A DNA stretch of 20,000 nt. It comes from an uncultured virus (IMG/VR IMGVR_UViG_2061766007_000748) (taxonomy: Duplodnaviria; Heunggongvirae; Uroviricota; Caudoviricetes). The stretch lies in IMG/VR virus record IMGVR_UViG_2061766007_000748. One strand, given 5' to 3'. The notes under the pieces were generated by a model. The model did no database searches, had not been told where the DNA came from, and was given only the letters and a program-made list of their open reading frames with translations. The position numbers and the translations under genes are program-made. This document shows, piece by piece, positions 16,743-20,000 of this stretch (its first letter is position 1; every line of letters starts with the position of its first letter).

Positions 16743-18485
16743 TTATTCATATTCAATTTGTACTGTTTCTTTATTTTTCATAAGACGTCTTGATTTTACT
16801 TTCGCTATCATACTTTCATTAATGTCTACAAAAGACGCACTAGTATCGCCATTCATTACGGCCTGTATATCTGTATAATGTTTAGTAAGAGTATCAAGTG
16901 GTGCTTCATCAACAGTATCTTTTACCAATAAATAATAAATAAGACATCTATCTGCTTCTTGTCCAATTCTATGAATACGATCACACGCCTGTTCCATCTG
17001 TGCACAGGTTTGGCCAAATTCTGTAAATATAACAGTATGCGAAGCGGTAAGTGTAATTCCTGTAGAAGCTGCTTGAACTTGTCCAACAAATAGTTTTATC
17101 TTAGATTCATTTTGAAACTTATTTACAGCTTCTTGTCTTTTGAAGTTAGCAACATTTCCGTTTATTCCGACAGCAATTCCTTCAAATGTTGTCATTATAG
17201 ATTCATACATCGCAGTATGATAAGTGAATACAACTAGTTTATCTTCAACCTCCATCATATCTTTAATAAACTGTATAACCGCTTCAAGTTTAATTTCCAT
17301 TAATGCTTCTTTCATTTTGGCAAGATATGTAAACTGATGTAGACCTTCTTCTTGTGCCAACAATTCTTCTTCCATCTTATCATATTCAAGACGAGATTTT
17401 TTATCCATATCAAAATAAATTGGAATCTTCTGTTTAGGTGGTAATTGTGAAAGTACATCTTCTTTCTTTCGTCGTATCATAAAACATGCAAGTTTTCGTC
17501 TTAATTCATCAAGATTTGAAACTCCTTTATACTGCCATCCGAATCCATTATAATATGGGTCACAATATCTTTGCTTAAAATCCCATTCTTTTGGAAACAA
17601 TTCAGGAGCAAGTAAATGACAAGTAGTATAAAATTGTGATACTCTTGTTTCGAAAGGAGTACCAGATAAGAACAGTTTAAGGATTCCTGGTTCACTTGCA
17701 ATTTGTGTAATCGCTCTTGTTCGTACTGCTTTACCAGATTCAATATACTGACATTCATCACATATAATAGCATGTGGTTTAATAACATCATTTATAATAT
17801 CAACCCAACCACTTACAGGAATAAATGCTTTACGATATTTCCAACCATTTTCTTTTGCTATCTTAATTCTTTCTTTTTCTTTCTTTTGTGCTTCTTTATC
17901 ATCAACACCAAGTATGTCATAATTTATAATTACAACATCTGCTTGTTTTGCTTTTTCTACAACATAAGATTCTTGATAACTGTTACGACCTTCAATAATA
18001 AAAGTTTTTACATCTGGTGTCCATTTATGAATTTCCATCTCCCAATTTAATTTAAGAGAAGCNNNNNNNNNNNNNNNNNNNNNNNNNNNNNNNNNTTTAG
18101 ATAAAGCGACAATAGAAATACAGCTCTTGCCACAACCCATTTCCTCAGCAAGTAAAGCATTATGTTCCCATTTTACAATCTGAGCAACATCTTCTTTTTG
18201 AAAAGGATACATTTCTTGTGGTAAATTAAGACTATCTATAAATTCATTTTTTAATTTATTTGATTTGTTTACTTTATTAAGAAGTTCTTCGAAAGTTGGG
18301 TCTAATACTGTTTGGGTAAGAGTTGATAAATCTTTAATACATTGAACACTTCTTGGAAAAGCATATCCATTTACTGCAGGCAAAGTTTCTGCATTATATT
18401 TTTCTGCAAAAGAAGTGAGTTGTTCAATATTTGCGGTGTTAGCAGTTGCTACAATTTTTTCACCGTCATAAAATATTCTTGCCAT
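16743..18485 (-). CDS. SNF2-family (SF2) helicase/ATPase, SMARCAL1/HARP-like, 580 aa
   Basis: YPFQ Q-motif, LAEEMGCGKS Walker A, ASLKLNW, INYD, ICDECQYI Walker B, LSGTP, RRKKEDVLSQLPPK, KLVVFT, ASTGITLTAS, QACDRIHRIGQ. Confidence 0.95.
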   Translation of the reverse strand: MARIFYDGEKIVATANTANIEQLTSFAEKYNAETLPAVNGYAFPRSVQCIKDLSTLTQTVLDPTFEELLNKVNKSNKLKNEFIDSLNLPQEMYPFQKEDVAQIVKWEHNALLAEEMGCGKSCISIVALSKXXXXXXXXXXXASLKLNWEMEIHKWTPDVKTFIIEGRNSYQESYVVEKAKQADVVIINYDILGVDDKEAQKKEKERIKIAKENGWKYRKAFIPVSGWVDIINDVIKPHAIICDECQYIESGKAVRTRAITQIASEPGILKLFLSGTPFETRVSQFYTTCHLLAPELFPKEWDFKQRYCDPYYNGFGWQYKGVSNLDELRRKLACFMIRRKKEDVLSQLPPKQKIPIYFDMDKKSRLEYDKMEEELLAQEEGLHQFTYLAKMKEALMEIKLEAVIQFIKDMMEVEDKLVVFTYHTAMYESIMTTFEGIAVGINGNVANFKRQEAVNKFQNESKIKLFVGQVQAASTGITLTASHTVIFTEFGQTCAQMEQACDRIHRIGQEADRCLIYYLLVKDTVDEAPLDTLTKHYTDIQAVMNGDTSASFVDINESMIAKVKSRRLMKNKETVQIEYE

Positions 18486-18495
18486 ACTGTAAATA

Positions 18496-18672
18496 CTAGA
18501 ATAGAGTTTCCATTTTTTCCTTCTTTTCTTTTGGTTTTATATCATTTATATCAATTGTGAGTTCTACAGTATCAACAGAAGTTTCTTTAATCACGGTGAT
18601 ATTTGGACCGTGAATCTCAGGATTGTCATAATCCTCATCAAAAATCGGAAATCCATATTTATCAACATTCAT
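18496..18672 (-). CDS. Small acidic hypothetical protein, 58 aa
   Basis: GGAG at 18685-18682 fits ATG 18672 (MNVDKYGFPIF). Overlaps the helicase stop and fills the space before the SNF2 gene. Confidence 0.65.
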   Translation of the reverse strand: MNVDKYGFPIFDEDYDNPEIHGPNITVIKETSVDTVELTIDINDIKPKEKKEKMETLF

Positions 18673-20000
18673 TATCATCATCTCCTGTATTTCTAATAAA
18701 GTCTCTTGTTGAANNNNNNNNNNNNNNNNNNNNNNNNNNNNNNNNNNNNCCTAAACATTGTGGGAATATACAAGCGTCTTCAACTTCACCGTTTCGTATT
18801 GCAATATTTCGTACTCTCATTAAATGCTCTTCTTTCATCTTTCTTGTTTGTTCAAGTGAAACCATTGAAGTAATATGAGCAATTTTCTTAAAGTTTTCAC
18901 CAATACTTTCAGCTTCTACAGAACTTGACGACATACCACCTCTATTTGTTTGTGACGCTGTAATTACTGCACAATGCATTTTAGTCGCGTATCCGCCAAG
19001 ATATTTCCATATTTCATCTATCTGGTTTCGTAACTCACTTCCACCACCTATTGGTGTTGTAATGTCTGCATAATCAATAATTANNNNNNNNNNNNNNNNN
19101 NNNNNNNNNNNNNNNNNNNNNNNNNNNNTTTGTTTTACTGACGCACTAAATCTCGGATAAGCAATTATTCTAATGTCACCAGTGTATGCATTATTAGTTC
19201 GTAATCTTTTCTGAAGAGACTGAACTGATTTTGCTTTATTCTTTACATTTACATCAACTAGTTCTGAACGATATTTTCCCTCTTCAGATGTATCTTCANN
19301 NNNNNNNNNNNNNNNACCGTCTTTTATTAAACCTGATTCACTTCCCCATAATGCCTTCCACATACGCTGAATGACTTCTTCACGAGTCATTTCCATACTG
19401 ACAAAAATAACATTTAATCTTTGTTTAAGAGCTTGAATTGCAAGGTACTGTAAAGCAAACGATTTTCCCCTCTTTGGTGGTGCAAGAATAGCGATAAAAT
19501 CATTCCTGTGAATATTACCAACTACTTTATTAAGTGCTTCGGGTAAGGTAAACAGTATTTCTTCTTCTTGTGTTAAAGCATTTTCAATAATTGTTTTATC
19601 TGATAATGAAAGTAAACTAACTTCATTTAATTCTACAGTATTTATCTTTTTATATTCCTGTTGAACTTTTCTTGCCTTATCCATTGAACGTGTTTCAAGA
19701 CAAGCATTCAATTCTTGTGTATAGATTTTTAGTGCTTTATAATCAATAAAGTCTTTTCCTTTATCAACAAGATAATCTTCATTATTAATTTGAATTTCAT
19801 TCTTGCCAAGTTCTTGAATATAATTAAGAATAAGTTCTTTTAATGCTTCGTCCTGTATTTCATCACATCTTGTACGATAAATAGATGTTATGTTATCTTT
19901 AGGTGCTTGTTTGAATTTTTTATAATAATCTAAAACCCAAGATATAACTGTTCGTGCATAATCTACATCAAAATAAATTAACTTAATATAAGGTATAAGA
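18662..20000 (-). CDS. dnaB: Replicative DNA helicase, DnaB / T4 gp41-like (SF4); starts beyond the window
   Basis: Walker A ILAPPKRGKS, VIFVSMEM, IIDYAD, ITASQTNR. The frame stays open from 19711 to 19999 (LIPYIKLIYFDVDYARTVISWVLDYYKKFKQAP...), resembling the gp41 N-terminal domain. Confidence 0.93.
   Translation of the reverse strand, partial: LIPYIKLIYFDVDYARTVISWVLDYYKKFKQAPKDNITSIYRTRCDEIQDEALKELILNYIQELGKNEIQINNEDYLVDKGKDFIDYKALKIYTQELNACLETRSMDKARKVQQEYKKINTVELNEVSLLSLSDKTIIENALTQEEEILFTLPEALNKVVGNIHRNDFIAILAPPKRGKSFALQYLAIQALKQRLNVIFVSMEMTREEVIQRMWKALWGSESGLIKDGXXXXXXEDTSEEGKYRSELVDVNVKNKAKSVQSLQKRLRTNNAYTGDIRIIAYPRFSASVKQXXXXXXXXXXXXXXXXIIDYADITTPIGGGSELRNQIDEIWKYLGGYATKMHCAVITASQTNRGGMSSSSVEAESIGENFKKIAHITSMVSLEQTRKMKEEHLMRVRNIAIRNGEVEDACIFPQCLXXXXXXXXXXXXXSTRDFIRNTGDDDNEC

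Noticed and set aside
929..18878. Antisense or alternate-frame ORFs in the track (929, 1335, 2401, 3732, 3751, 4319, 6494, 6691, 7719, 11131, 11428, 14431, 14593, 17501, 17703, 18342, 18603)
   Set aside because: They overlap better-supported genes, lack recognisable motifs, or consist mostly of Ns.
1..20000. Alternative genetic code (stop-codon reassignment)
   Set aside because: Long genes read through under code 11, and TAA, TAG and TGA all occur at sensible gene ends next to downstream RBSs or starts.

Overview
AT-rich fragment of a contractile-tailed (myovirus-type) phage, interrupted by about 24 N-gaps whose inexact lengths create false frameshifts and split genes. A compact T4-like tail and baseplate module lies on the + strand (3114-16742): terminator, unknown structural protein, sheath, tube, gp54-, gp26- and gp51-like proteins, tape measure, gp48-like, LysM/gp53-like, hub, spike, and gp25-, gp6- and gp7-like wedge proteins. 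It is flanked by - strand replication genes: DnaB/gp41-like and SNF2 helicases on the right, small hypotheticals and a zinc-finger/TOPRIM primase on the left. No head, portal, terminase, tail-fibre, integrase, rRNA, tRNA or CRISPR features are visible. The best novel candidate is a sigma70-driven ~150 nt leader RNA (2137-2283, - strand) with a G-U-supported multibranch fold, two long-range loop pairings and a U-tract. It precedes a DUF4160-like gene and the primase. A repeated TTATATATTTTT motif is a candidate phage late promoter. All family calls come from motifs read by eye plus gene order, not database searches.
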